Assembly: GCA_003693705.1 (NCBI GenBank)
Contig: RBZT01000661.1
Location: forward strand, 1-51,578
Length of the DNA stretch: 51,578 nucleotides
DNA from: Polymyxa betae A26-41
Taxonomy: Eukaryota; Protista; Endomyxa: Phytomyxea
Direction of reading: 5' to 3'
Of this stretch, positions 11,627 to 23,519 are shown piece by piece; position 1 is the stretch's first letter; each line of letters starts with the position of its first letter. The position numbers were made by a program, and so were the translations under genes. The notes beneath the pieces are model-generated. The model saw only the letters and a list, made by a program, of their open reading frames with translations, searched no databases and had not been told where the DNA came from.

Positions 11627-12943
11627 TTAAAACTGCTCCGTTGTCCAGGAATCCTCCTCTCTTCGTCGGAATAAGTACTTCAGCAACGCCGATTTCCACG
11701 ATGTCAATCTGGACGTTCTATAAGTAGTCACCTGACCGACCATGATCTGATGGTCCAAATCGGCATTATCAATATCGTGACGATTCCATGTCACGTGTTG
11801 ATTCTTCTCGGCCTTCAAGTACTCAGCGACTAGCTGCTGAATTTGCCCGATCATCTGGTTGCGTTCCGTTCTTGATCTCATCTCCAAATCTACAGTCCGA
11901 GTCGGTGTGACGATCGACGCGAACAGCCCTTCGTATGCCTGAGCGGCATGTTTCCGATTTAAAACGTGGGTCTGACGACCGCATCGAATCTGCTTGATAT
12001 CGACCATGAGAATGCTGCCAGTTCCCCAGGAAATTACGCCCAGCGAAGTATCAACAGAGAGTCGTTTGAATTTCGGCTTGCCATGGCGCCCGTGCTTAAT
12101 CACCTGCAGCTCTAATAATCGCTGCTGTTTCTGGCTTGGCACCCTTGCCGGTCGGGCCGAGTCAGATCGTGTCTCCACAACCAGGCTATCAATGGAGAGA
12201 CGGCGTGGAGCTGGAAGAGCCACCGTCTTGATGGGCAACTCATCCGGAACGTATTCGTTTAGATTCCTCGTCAGCATCATGGACGGCAATGGTACTGAAG
12301 GCTCAGCTGGAGGCTTTAAGGCGTCCCGTCGTAGTTGAGCTCGAATCACGTCCTTAACGCTCGGGTCGTTGGTGCGTGCGAACTGGCTTTCGATGGAATA
12401 CGATGACATGATAGCTTCAACTTCGCTGAAATTGCCAGTCTCGAAGGCGCGCCGAAATACCTCCACAGTCAACTGCGATGAAATTATCTGGCGAACCATT
12501 ATATGGTCGTTTGGTTTAGCATGACTGCCATCATCATGCGATGCTTCCGAACTGCGTTTTAATTCATCGCTATCGGTCAAGAGAGACATTCCAAGACCAC
12601 CTGATTGTTGATCTTTGTTTCGCGGTCTAACATCGGGCCATTTTGATAGGTCGTTCCAGTCACTGATATCGGATGACGATGATGGCGACCCGGGTGTGAT
12701 GACATGCTGTCGAATAATACGCAGGAAATCGTCGAGATGCGAGTGCAGATCGTTGAACTCGACAGACATATCGGAGAGAGCGTCTTCCACGAGCGTATCA
12801 ACGTTGGTTGTAATCAATGAAGAACTCGTGGAGATCGGGTCGGGTCTCGAAAACGTTTTTGCCACAACCTGATCAACGACCGTTTTGATGGTATCATCAA
12901 CTGCGATCTGTAGATCGGCTTCAGGTGACACGACGGTAAGCAT
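11627..12943 (-). CDS. PH-domain protein (PLC/Mcp5-like PH)
   Basis: Intronless 438-aa ORF. VIKHGRHGKPKFKRL...ISWG...DIKQIRCGRQT...SIVTPTRTVDLE...ERNQMIGQIQQL matches the PH pattern. Confidence 0.8.
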   Translation of the reverse strand: MLTVVSPEADLQIAVDDTIKTVVDQVVAKTFSRPDPISTSSSLITTNVDTLVEDALSDMSVEFNDLHSHLDDFLRIIRQHVITPGSPSSSSDISDWNDLSKWPDVRPRNKDQQSGGLGMSLLTDSDELKRSSEASHDDGSHAKPNDHIMVRQIISSQLTVEVFRRAFETGNFSEVEAIMSSYSIESQFARTNDPSVKDVIRAQLRRDALKPPAEPSVPLPSMMLTRNLNEYVPDELPIKTVALPAPRRLSIDSLVVETRSDSARPARVPSQKQQRLLELQVIKHGRHGKPKFKRLSVDTSLGVISWGTGSILMVDIKQIRCGRQTHVLNRKHAAQAYEGLFASIVTPTRTVDLEMRSRTERNQMIGQIQQLVAEYLKAEKNQHVTWNRHDIDNADLDHQIMVGQVTTYRTSRLTSWKSALLKYLFRRREEDSWTTEQF

Positions 12944-13223
12944 CGTTTTGACGATGCCTCGTTATATGTTGGATATATGGACGGTACGAGCAGTTAAGTT
13001 AGAGATTAAGCCCAATGATAGGAATGACTATTGCCCATGACTCAAACAAGATTTCAACCTAATGACTCAACGCCGCCAAATTTTTTTTCTAAATAAAGCA
13101 AGCACGGTTGTTCAAGAATTCGTTGGATGGAAATTTCGTCCACAGGAAACCGCTTGTCTGTAGGGTCTCTCCAGTGATTTAGAGATCAATGCCCATTGAT
13201 CACCCTGAGGAAATAGAGACGAG

Positions 13224-13296
13224 AGACAGAGAGAGAGTGTGTCGCCATACACTCTAAACGAAAGACAGAGAGAGAGAGTGTCGCCATACACTCTAA
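13224..13296. repeat. Duplicated 34-bp unit (period 39), each with an AGAGTGT/ACACTCT inverted repeat
   Basis: agacagagagagagtgtgtcgccatacactctaa and agacagagagagagagtgtcgccatacactctaa, in the divergent intergenic region. Confidence 0.85.
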
Positions 13297-13689
13297 CGGC
13301 AAATAGATGTGATTATTGATAATGATATAACCCTAAATGCGGTCTAATCTCATGACAGGAGCGCTTGTCATGTCGTATCGTAAATCGTGCTGTGCAAACC
13401 CTGATTGTTGCGTGATTGGACCCACTGACAGAAATTCCACACCGAAGTCAGGTCGAGGGGTCTGATTGCGATCAAAGCTGAATAGAAGAGGCCTTGTGAT
13501 TGACCCACGGTCAGCAATCATCTATCAAGGAGGCGGCAATTGCAATTGAAGGGGTTCCCAGATCAGTTCACTCCCCGTGCAAAAGGCCGGGCGGGCCAGT
13601 CGACTTCGACGGGCTGTCGAAGAGAAGGAAGTACCCAGATCGGCGACAACCCGGCTCTGCAAGCTTGGTTTGCTGCCGATCTAGAGGAA

Positions 13690-16600
13690 ATGATTCGAGC
13701 TGTCCGGCGCCGAGTCACTGTTTATCGGATTTATAGACAGAGCCGGGCTTTATGGGAATCCTACCTCTGTGCTTTGAGCTTATCGACAGATTCCATCTCT
13801 ACCGAGGTACATGAGCTGCAGATATGTTTCAGTCAATTTACTTCAATAGGTTTTGTGTGCGCTTGATGCGTTTCTACTGGATTTTCTGTCATCATACGAC
13901 AGATTATCACAGCCGAAACTTCTGCATCGTATATTCGGGGAATCTTTCCTGCCTTCTGTCGTCGACACGCTTATCAGGCTGATTGCGGAGCATGGAACAG
14001 TTCTGGTGAATCAAGGCTGCAATGATCTAAACGTCAGCTGTACTAGGGAGGTTATAGAAAGAGCCCTCACTGTTTGCAGTATCATTTTACAAGATCCTGT
14101 GCACAGCTCTCAGGTAATTGGATCTTTGATTCTTTGGAGTCTTTTTTATTGTTTGTTGCAGTCATAATTTCCGATTTCACAAACGGATGGATTCCTGATC
14201 TCACCTGTAGGTGGCATTTAATTTGCCTTTAGCAAGCCAGATATTGTCACTGCTGGAATCTATTGAAGACAAGGAACTGAAGACTCTGGTATTACAGCTG
14301 ATATCAGGACTTTGTTACAATCACGAATCGCGACTGGAGATCGCCAGACTGGATGGGTTTCGGAAGATTCTGGGGCTGTTGAACCATGGCGATCAATCGC
14401 TTAGCCATCAGATTCTTCGAACTCTCCGGGTGTTCCTTGATGCGGAATCCGATAATCAGCATATTTTTGAAGAAAGAAGTAAGTTCAGCTCTAGCTTCCG
14501 TTGCTGCTCTTATTCAGTTTCTCGGGACATTTAGTACTTGCTACTAATAATGATTTTAGGATCTTCCATCGAAAGTTTTCCAGATTCCGCTCGTTCTTCT
14601 CCTAGCTCACCATTGGCAGCTGCTCCGAAATCGGCTGAAAAAGCTGGAACCTGGACTAGGTCCAGGACTTGTGCAGATGTTGAAAAGCGACCAGTGATGG
14701 TAAGGTCGAAGTCGCTTGTCAACCTCAACCTCACCGGATTGGTGGGGCTCACTGCAGAACTTGGTCGGTAAAGTATCATCTGTCTAGAAGTCTGCTCTAA
14801 ACTTTTTTGTAAAGGCATCTTCTCCAGTCAGAATGAAGTAGTACCTGTCTCAGGTGATCTTGGTTGCCCGCCTTCAGTTGAAGAGACAAAAATCTCAATT
14901 CCCCCCGATCGCGAAACAATCTGCACGCAAATACAACGATTTTCAGAATTGAGCAACTCTTCTGTGAATTCGGCCACCAGTATTGTCAAGACAATGCTCA
15001 CTACGCAAGGCGCTCTGGAGCAGCTTTCACGATCGCTGCAGGATTCCCAATTAGATATGCAGTTAGAATTGCTTCGAACGATATCCAAATTGATTCTGAG
15101 GTACCTTCACGCGCTGTTTCTTTTAAAACGAGTTTTGTTTAATTTAAGCAGGAACTATGCCAGCCAGCGCGAGTTCGCTCGAATCAAAGGATACAGTTCG
15201 ATAACGCGCCTCTTGTTACAGGCAGTTCGTGATTTATCTGATACCGATTCCTCAGCGTTTCTTACTCAATGTTTTAGCATTATGCTTAAAATAATTGTAG
15301 ATGGTAAAACTTGCCTATTTGCACCACCATCGCTTTCAGTGCTTTTGCGGTTTTAAAGTGTCCATGTGTTTGCTTCTGTCGAATTCCAATAATTCAATTT
15401 AGATGATTCCGAACATCTGATAACCAACATGCCGGCATTCTCATGGCTGGTCAGCGAGGTCTCCCCTTCCAGTCTGCTGGTACATTCTTCAGCCTTGGCG
15501 CCAGCTGTCAACTGTCTCAGTGATCTTCTGATTGCCAATCCTCTAAATGCAGCTGCCTTTATCGACCACATTCCAAGTATTGTCGCCTCGTATCCGCTTT
15601 CTCAGTAATTATAGTCCTTTCTGTGTATGTTTTATCTGAAATTATCATCAGCTTCTCCGCACGTTCTCCAATCACACATCTTTTGTATCATCTGGATGTT
15701 CTGCTTTGCTGTTATAGCAATGCGGTCTTTGACAGTCTCGCCCACCTCTGGACTTCTTTCGATCGGGATCTATTCGATTGCACTGTGAAACTGCTCCAGC
15801 AACGCAGCTTATACCGGGCCCCTCGCTCAATTGAGACCATGCACTTGATCACCGCGATTGGAAATCAGTTAAGCGACAATGAACTTCCTGTCTCACAACG
15901 CTATTCCCTGATCCCGCTACTGATAATTGCATCAATTTCGGGAGAGTCATATCCCGTATCATTTGATTCAGATCCAGTATGATTCAGAATTCGCCATTGG
16001 TTTTTATCTCTGATGCTTTTAGGATCTGGTGCCCTCTTGTGTTGATCTCGAAGAGGCTATGGACATCTTATATACTTCCATAATCAGCTGCAGCCCGGAA
16101 TCCGAGCTATCTCTGTACGCCCTTGGATTCCTTACCAGTATATGGTCGTCTTGGTCGGCAGTGAATTCAGTTCGACTTGTCCGTTTCTTATTTTCGTTGA
16201 TCGAACAATCTTTTGACGTTGCTTTTAGGGCCATCATGCTGATACTCAATTTGACAACAGTGGGCTTCGCTTGCTTCTTCGCCTTTTCGAAGTTCCAGAT
16301 GTCAATTTGGTTCGTGTTATCGCTGTCATCAGTTCGCTTTTGATGGGCCTATATGGCGATGATGGCTTGTCGCGGGCTCAGCGCGAGTTCGCTGTCACAA
16401 AGGGGTTCCAGGTAACCGTTTTGTTGTTCATCGAAACCTTTTGCGTCAGGGATTCAAGTCTCTTTGAAATTTTCGATTTCTCGTCTAAATTGCTATTTTG
16501 TGTTCATTATTTTCACCTTTGTTTTTTGCGTTTAGGTCCTGATTGACGCTCTCCTGCTGCGCAGTCATGATATTAAGATACTGCAATGCGGCGTATTTGC

Positions 16601-19600
16601 CTTGCTGGCGGGCATCATCGACTGCTCGTCAAATAAGAATGACCTGGAACGCGAGCCGAATCTGAACAAGCTTCTAGATGTCTTGATTTTTTGCGAAAAG
16701 GATGCTTCTTTTGAAGCATGCGTTTTCGACTTTTTAATTGAACTTGCTACCGAAAGTGAGGACAATATCAAACGTGTCCCTCCTCCACTGCCACTATCAA
16801 TGACTCCTGCTACCATTGTAAAGCAAACAATGTCTACTATCATTCGCTGGAGAAAGTCCTGTTTAATGCATGAAAACAGGTAAATCAACCATTGCAAAAT
16901 TTATATTCTAATTTCTGCACTAGTTTGAATCCGAATCTCAATTTATTCGAAGATTTTGAGCATGCTCTGCCTGATCATTCTTTGGATGCTGGCGAATCGC
17001 CTGGAAATTTACCGCAGCCGGCAATGAAATTAATGGAATCCCTCCAGTTCCGTTCTGGTTCTGCTATTTCCCTCCAATGTTTAAAGATGTGTGTTAACAC
17101 CAAAACTGCTTCTGTTCAGGTCCGGGTTCTTTGCAATATTTTCTCGTTCGCTATTCTTTGTGCTTGATATTAAACTCTCCTTCCAGGCGTCTATGCTTTC
17201 TGCTGTTTTACATATGGTGAAAGGGCGGCCTCATAATAATCGAATTTTGACAGAAATTGATGCGCTCTCTTTCCTCATTCAGTCTTGGCCTCATTTTTCA
17301 ACAAGCAATGCTGATGTCAGAAATGCTTTCTTCGCCCTTCTTTCACGTCTTGGTCGCTATTCGATTCATCCAAATCAGGTACGTTCTATTTGCTGGAAAA
17401 TTTGCTGTTGCGTAAATCTGGGTTGCTGATAATTGTCAACCGATGGTCCTTCAGGTTGGGCTATTATTTGATTTAGCGTATGATGCAATGGCCTCGGGTG
17501 ATCCGATCACCGAAGTTTACATTCTTGATGTGATTGCACGTTTGGCTTCCCGTGTGACGCCCGAATCCTATTTCAGCTTCAGACCTCCCTCCGGTTCTGC
17601 TGGCGCTTTTTTGACTTCTACATTCACGCGAACGCCCGTCTCTCGTAACGGCTACAGCGTCGTATTCTGGTTCAAAATCTCTAAGTTTATTAACGAGGAA
17701 ACGTCGTTATTTTCGTATATTCAAAACGATGTTTCTTTGTATGAGGTTTTATTACGTTTGACCCCGCGACCGAATGGCGTTAAAGACCGGTCTGTCAATG
17801 ATTTCGATTTGTTAAGCCATTCTCCCATTAATTATCAATTTTAGATCCGTTTGTATTCGCTCCATGAATTTTGGTACTTTCATGTTCGATAAAGGAGAAA
17901 CTGTCTCGGAACAAGCCTGGCATCATCTCGTCTTAACTCACAATCGAACTGGAGTCGTCATCACAATCGACTCTGTTGTCATTGGAAAATATCCAGGTGT
18001 TCCATATCCTGTAAACCTTAACTTTAAGGTTAAATCCTCCCATCGCTTACTGCCCTTTAATAGTCGACTATAATCAAAAGGGATTCATTCCAGCTGACAA
18101 TTGGCGGTTCGAACATTGTTGGACAGATTGGCAATGTGCACGTTTTTGAGGGCTGCTTGGACTATCAGCAGGCCCAAGCTCAGTTTGCTTTGGGGCCATC
18201 AGCACACATCGTATCTACTGACATGAAACCTTTATTGAAGGTGGTTAATCACAGCCTTCTCTGCAAATTTTTCAAACATTTCTGCCTCAGGTTCACGCTG
18301 GAGATTTCGCCAATCCTATTTACAGGCCTCGCTTATCATCGCCAGCAGCTTTGGCATCGCGGGCTTTATCTGGTTCCTCGATTCATTCCGACAATCAGAT
18401 TTCCCTTCCCACGAACGTTGATGCCCATCAAACAATGTATTCATTCCTCTCCCTTGAAAGTAAGGTTCTTAAGATCGAAACAGGTCGTTTAGGACGGCAT
18501 TGAGTAGCTCTGGCACCGAAGGTTTCATTAAGTGCATTCCGTTTATTGGCGAGCACCGCCCTGGGCCCAACGGAGCACGATTAACCGCCCTGCGAATTCT
18601 CGCTGACTTGATACTCCAGTAAAACTCACTGCTATCCGTTCAGATCTTCTCTGATATTATTTCCCAGATCACCCGAAACCATGGCAGATTTTGAACGGCA
18701 GAACGGATTCGAGATGCTGTCGTACTGCTTAACACCGGCTCATCTCTCGATGGATGTTTTCAATGTATTATTTGAGATCGCTCGCAAGAATGTCTTATGC
18801 ATAATGCTGATTATGGATCTTCTTCGTCACAGCACCGGCCCCAGGACTCGCACCCGGGTGCTGGGGATCATCGCTGATATGATCCGTGATGAATCTTTGC
18901 CATATATCAGTTCAACTGGTAAACAACTGGTTTGCTCTTCTCTTTTCTCGTTTTGGACGCTTTTCCTGGAATAGTGTGCCACTATTTTTTTTTGAACGCT
19001 TTCGCATACTTGCTGTCGAATGTGTGATATGTCTAGTGCGCTGAATCATCAGCTTAATGTTTGCTAAATCATTTTGCAGCAGGGATAATTAGCTTGTTGG
19101 AGCTGCTATCGATTTCTGCAGAAGGCGATGAGATCGCCGTTCCTGTTGATCCAGCAACGCCTTCAGCAACGCTGCTGAGCAGTGTTCTATCGATCATCGA
19201 ACAGGTTATTTTAACCTGTAGCGGTACAGCAGAATCTGATATTGTTGTCGCTTTTATTGCTTGCAAATATGAACACAGCGGTAATTATGTTTCCTTGGTC
19301 AATATATGGTTAATCACAAATTTCTTTCGGTTCCATGCAATGGTTTCGGCTGCACAGTCTAAGAGCGTTGCTAGAGCTAATATCTGAAGAGAGAGCTGCA
19401 ATGACTGCGATGTTCTGCCGTTGCGCTGAAAGGCGTGACTCTCTGCTGGCCTCAGTTTCATTTCCGCTGATTATCCCAATGTTGGAGTCAACATCCACTG
19501 CTTTGCGCGTCCAGTACTTGAGGCTGTTGGCTCTGCTTTTCCGGAATTCACCTAAAAATAAGTCTATGGTCGTAAAAATGCATGGATTTGACGTCTTACT

Positions 19601-21620
19601 TCGCTTGCTTGCCAAACACCAACCTGTCAATGAAACTATTTGTGACGTAAGTCTATGTTTAAGTGAAATTTCTGTTTTACTCTTTAGTTTATTTCCTGAA
19701 GTCAGTATCACTCTTTTATGGAAATCACTAACCAGGTTAATTTCTAGGCTGTGTTCGATTTGGCTCTCGATCGACATAATCATAACGTTCCTACCAAGTC
19801 AACAAGCGGGCTTGGGCCCCGGGTGGAAGATTTTCCAAATGTGATTATTCACCCCGAAGCAATCCGATTATTACTGGAATTGCTACGCTTGGCTTCCAGT
19901 CGGCCAACGCTGCATCTGCGCTATATTGAGCGTCTCGATGAACTAATCGAATCGCGATCGAACCTAAATATTATCCTGGCCGAACCATGGTTGCATTGGT
20001 GTAGGCAATATCTGGAAGGTATTGGAAGGTTTCATTCTGTTGAACGTCCGCAAGTTGCCAGCCCGATATACCAACCTGAATCTTCCGCATTCACCGATAC
20101 GGTTCGTGGAAAATGTTTGAAGATTGCCTGACGTTTCAAAATCTCAAATCATGTTTTTCAGCGCTAATCCACTGTGGTTTGCTTTTTCAACAGTCTTTTC
20201 TGAAAACTGTATGATTGATTTTCTATAGGAATCGGTTTCAACGTCGTCAGTGTTATCATCAACTCGGGGTGATAATGTTGAAAGGCATCGAGCACGACTG
20301 GTTTCCCGCTTTGTTCGTTTAATTCAGAAAATTGTGATCCGCGACCTGTCGTGGCACAGCGGTCGCGCTTCTTGCCTACCGACACTGCTGTCGATGGTGG
20401 AGGCGTCAGAATTTGTCTCCTTAGTGGTTGATCGAGTGCTTGGCCATTTTGAGAAGTATGGGCCTTTGTGATTCTTTTTGAGGGATTTTTACAATGTTTG
20501 TTCGTAGGCATCCTCGACTTGACGAATCCGATGCACATTGTCTCATCCGCAATTTGGCCCGTATCATCGACTCGATTGATGAACTTTGTGGAACCGGGGA
20601 TAAAACGATTTCTGGAAAATGGTCGGTGCGGCTTATTCACCTCATCAATCTTCTGGCGTCGCAAAACAATGGCGACATCAGAGCGCGTATGAAACAGAAT
20701 GGCTTATTTGATCTTCGAGATCAACTGCTGTTGCGTTTTTGCCAGCAACCGTGTTCGTCTTCCGACAGGTATACAAGTGCTCTTTGCAATTTGTTGTCTT
20801 ACAGGCCTAGGTTCGTTGCTTTATCGCAGCTGTCAATGGATGCTGTTGCATCCGATGCAAAGTTTCGAAGTTCCGATGGAATTTTATACCTGCTACGTTG
20901 GTTTATTTGCGACGACGACCTTGCTCAGCTTCGGTTTCTTTTGCTCGATGCATTACGGCGTCGCTTAGGGCAGAATCAAGAAGCCCGAAAAGATCTCGAA
21001 CGTGCTGTTTCCGATCCCGATATCATTCAACAGTTGCTGGAGTCTTCCAAAACAGATGCTGAGTTCATATCCTGGTTCTTTGCCAGTGAAAGAGACATTC
21101 AACGTCAAGCGATTGTCACTCGCTTAGAAAAATCATTGCAAATAACAGAAGTATCTGCCCGCAAACAGTTTGAGAAAGTCGATGAAAGGCGACAAAAGAG
21201 GATACGCTCCAGGCTTGATACTCTTGGAAAGGCCGCTGCCGCTTCAGAGCGTGCTGTTCAACACATCTTGGAAAAATCCGAATTTGTCGTCGGGCGATTC
21301 TCGAAGCTACTTTCAACACAAATGGTATGCTACGGTTGTCTTCTTTCTTGTGACCACCGTTAACGCTTTTACAGGCGCTATCAGCAGAAGCGAGAAGGTC
21401 GCGCCTAGAGCTAGGCGCCAGCGTTTATGCAAATCGATGTCGGAATACTTGCAGCATTCTCGAAAACCGTTTATCATCCGGCAAAGCTTGTACCTTGTGT
21501 TCGAATACGTTCGAAACGAGGTGGGAGCTGATCTGTCACCTGAGTCTTGATCATTGGTCTGGCGAAGTCCAGGCTACATCTGTAAGCACTGTCGATTCCC
21601 CTCCAACCGTATTGACATGA
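13690..21620 (+). CDS. Large ARM/ConA-like (neurobeachin/Lvs/BEACH-family N-terminal-like) protein with coiled coil and terminal C2H2 zinc finger, multi-exon
   Basis: ARM-like helical exons (EIARLDGFRKILGLL, REFARIKGYSSI, DFERQNGFEMLSYCL). ConA/LamG-like block (GYSVVFWFKI, WHHLVLTH, GQIGNVHVFEGCL...FALGP). Last exon contains CTLCSNTFETRWELICHLSLDH. Start, stop and exon borders are approximate. Confidence 0.7.
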
Positions 21621-21738
21621 TGATTCCGTTGTTCATACTTCATCTATATTGTCTAATTATTCTACACATTATTAAATAACAGAACAGACATCTTCCAGTC
21701 TCAACATTGTGCGTAGAACTATCTTTGTTATTAATGCA

Positions 21739-22057
21739 ATGACGACTGAGATTATCGTTTACGAACCGCCATCCTCCCGGATGAGCATTGTCGTCAGCGG
21801 GTCTGGGCTCCGTCTCGACTCGATACCTGTGCTTAGGATGACGTAGATATCTGCTGCTGTTCGGCGTCCTGCTGATCTGGGTTGGGACCATTTACGCGGT
21901 CCTGTTGTCGAAATGGATGCCGCCCATGAACCATTCAGCACTGGATTGGCTTCGACAAGACCAGTATTATTCGTTCTTAATACCGCTTTGTATTCCGGTA
22001 GCTGCTTCTACTGTCTATATCAACTGGCTCGGGTTGAAACTCTTCCGACATTCTTAA
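21739..22057 (+). CDS. PIGY: GPI-GlcNAc transferase subunit Y (PIG-Y/Eri1 family)
   Basis: Two exons (intron 21801-21846) give MTTEIIVYEPPSSRMSIVVSGYLLLFGVLLIWVGTIYAVLLSKWMPPMNHSALDWLRQDQYYSFLIPLCIPVAASTVYINWLGLKLFRHS*. This matches the PIG-Y pattern SK..P...D.YY..LIP...PV...Y..W...K.F.H. Confidence 0.8.
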
Positions 22058-22229
22058 GCTCCAACAAACCTGTTCATACAATATAACCGTAGCCGGTATG
22101 TATCGACATCTTCCATAAATTATATATTTCCCTCCACTCGTTCTTTAAATTAATCTGATTTGTACAGTATGGTAATCTCGTGTAGATGTCGTAAAAGTGC
22201 AACCTTCATGTCAATGCGATCATCTTTGA

Positions 22230-23519
22230 TTAAGAAGCGAATTTTGATTGCCGACCCAATTCACTTTTTAAAAATCGCGGTACACAATTCTGCTGCAGGA
22301 GTCTCTCAATCTCTATCTGGGCGCCGTTAAACAAATTCACGTCCCCATCGTCCAGATGCGCTTCAATACTGTCCAGCTGTTGTGACGATATATTGATTGC
22401 AAATGCGGACGATTGCACACAGAACATGTTGTAGATGTCGCGAATCGTTTGTTGGACGGCGCTATCATCTTCCAACAAATCATACCGGAAGTTCGTCAAC
22501 GAAAATTTCGGCTGTCCGGGGTTTCTTGAAAACGATATGGTGTTTCTGGCTTCCCGGCTCCTAAGCATTTTCTGCAAGCGCTGGACGGCCATTAAAAAAT
22601 ACAAATTTTCAATACAGAATTCTGTAAGAAGGAACTGCTGAAAGGCATCGAGGACGTCCGGGCGACTGAGAATTTGGCGGACCGTGACCGTGCTCTGGAC
22701 CGGTTCCATCTCCTGATACGACCATCGAATTGGCAGAATAATCGAAACAAACCATTGCACCTGGATACAGACGAAGTAGAACAGGCCTAAGACCGGCCAC
22801 TGATACTGATCGAAATCGTTGACGGGAGGGATTAGCCACAGGACGATCTGTATCATCGACAGTCGAAATTGGATCGTGAGCTCCCATTTTATATGGAACC
22901 CATCGACGACATTCCGCATCATGAAGGCCAAATAACCCAATAAAAGCGTCCAAAACAGATACCAGTATTGCTGAATTGGGGCGACCTGCGGCGACCTCGC
23001 GCATTGGTTCTCGTCGAGAATTTCGGGCATGGTCGCAATGACGATGTTGAAGGCTGTGACAGGTATCATGACCAGGATCCAGAACGGCGCCTGAAACCTT
23101 CGCGTCAGCGCCCATTTATTGTGCAGCAGCCAGAGATCAAATTGCGTCAGGCTGGCGATTGGCACCAACGCCTTGGTCGGCGCCACTGACAAGTTCATGA
23201 AGATCTTGGCCCGATTTAATCGATACGTGAGATAATGGGTCAGATAGCGCAAGTTGAACGCCACGACGGACACCGACGCGAAATAGTTCATGGCCACGAA
23301 CGTCGCGAGACAATTGGTGGGCGAGATAATTCGCAGCAAAGTCAGGCACATATGTGCCATATAGGACCAGTACGCAACGATCACCGTCCGCGGCATTCGC
23401 TGTCGGATCGGTGTCTGATGTCGTCGAGCATAGAACAGGGCGCATGCGACCGATTGCGTAACGGCAACGGCAATGCAAGCGGCAATTAAGGCGCGCGTCG
23501 CGCCTGAGAGCGCCAACAT
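22230..23519 (-). CDS. 7TM-RGS protein (multi-pass receptor fused to regulator of G-protein signalling domain)
   Basis: About seven hydrophobic segments, with RRHQTPIRQR after TM1. RGS motifs FQQFLLTEFCIENLYFL, IYNMFCVQSSAFAINIS and LFNGAQIEIERLLQQNCVPRFLKS. Intronless. Confidence 0.9.
   Translation of the reverse strand: MLALSGATRALIAACIAVAVTQSVACALFYARRHQTPIRQRMPRTVIVAYWSYMAHMCLTLLRIISPTNCLATFVAMNYFASVSVVAFNLRYLTHYLTYRLNRAKIFMNLSVAPTKALVPIASLTQFDLWLLHNKWALTRRFQAPFWILVMIPVTAFNIVIATMPEILDENQCARSPQVAPIQQYWYLFWTLLLGYLAFMMRNVVDGFHIKWELTIQFRLSMIQIVLWLIPPVNDFDQYQWPVLGLFYFVCIQVQWFVSIILPIRWSYQEMEPVQSTVTVRQILSRPDVLDAFQQFLLTEFCIENLYFLMAVQRLQKMLRSREARNTISFSRNPGQPKFSLTNFRYDLLEDDSAVQQTIRDIYNMFCVQSSAFAINISSQQLDSIEAHLDDGDVNLFNGAQIEIERLLQQNCVPRFLKSELGRQSKFAS

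Noticed and set aside
13224-13296. Possible CRISPR-like repeats
   Set aside because: Only two copies with a 5-nt gap, eukaryotic context, and no cas genes.
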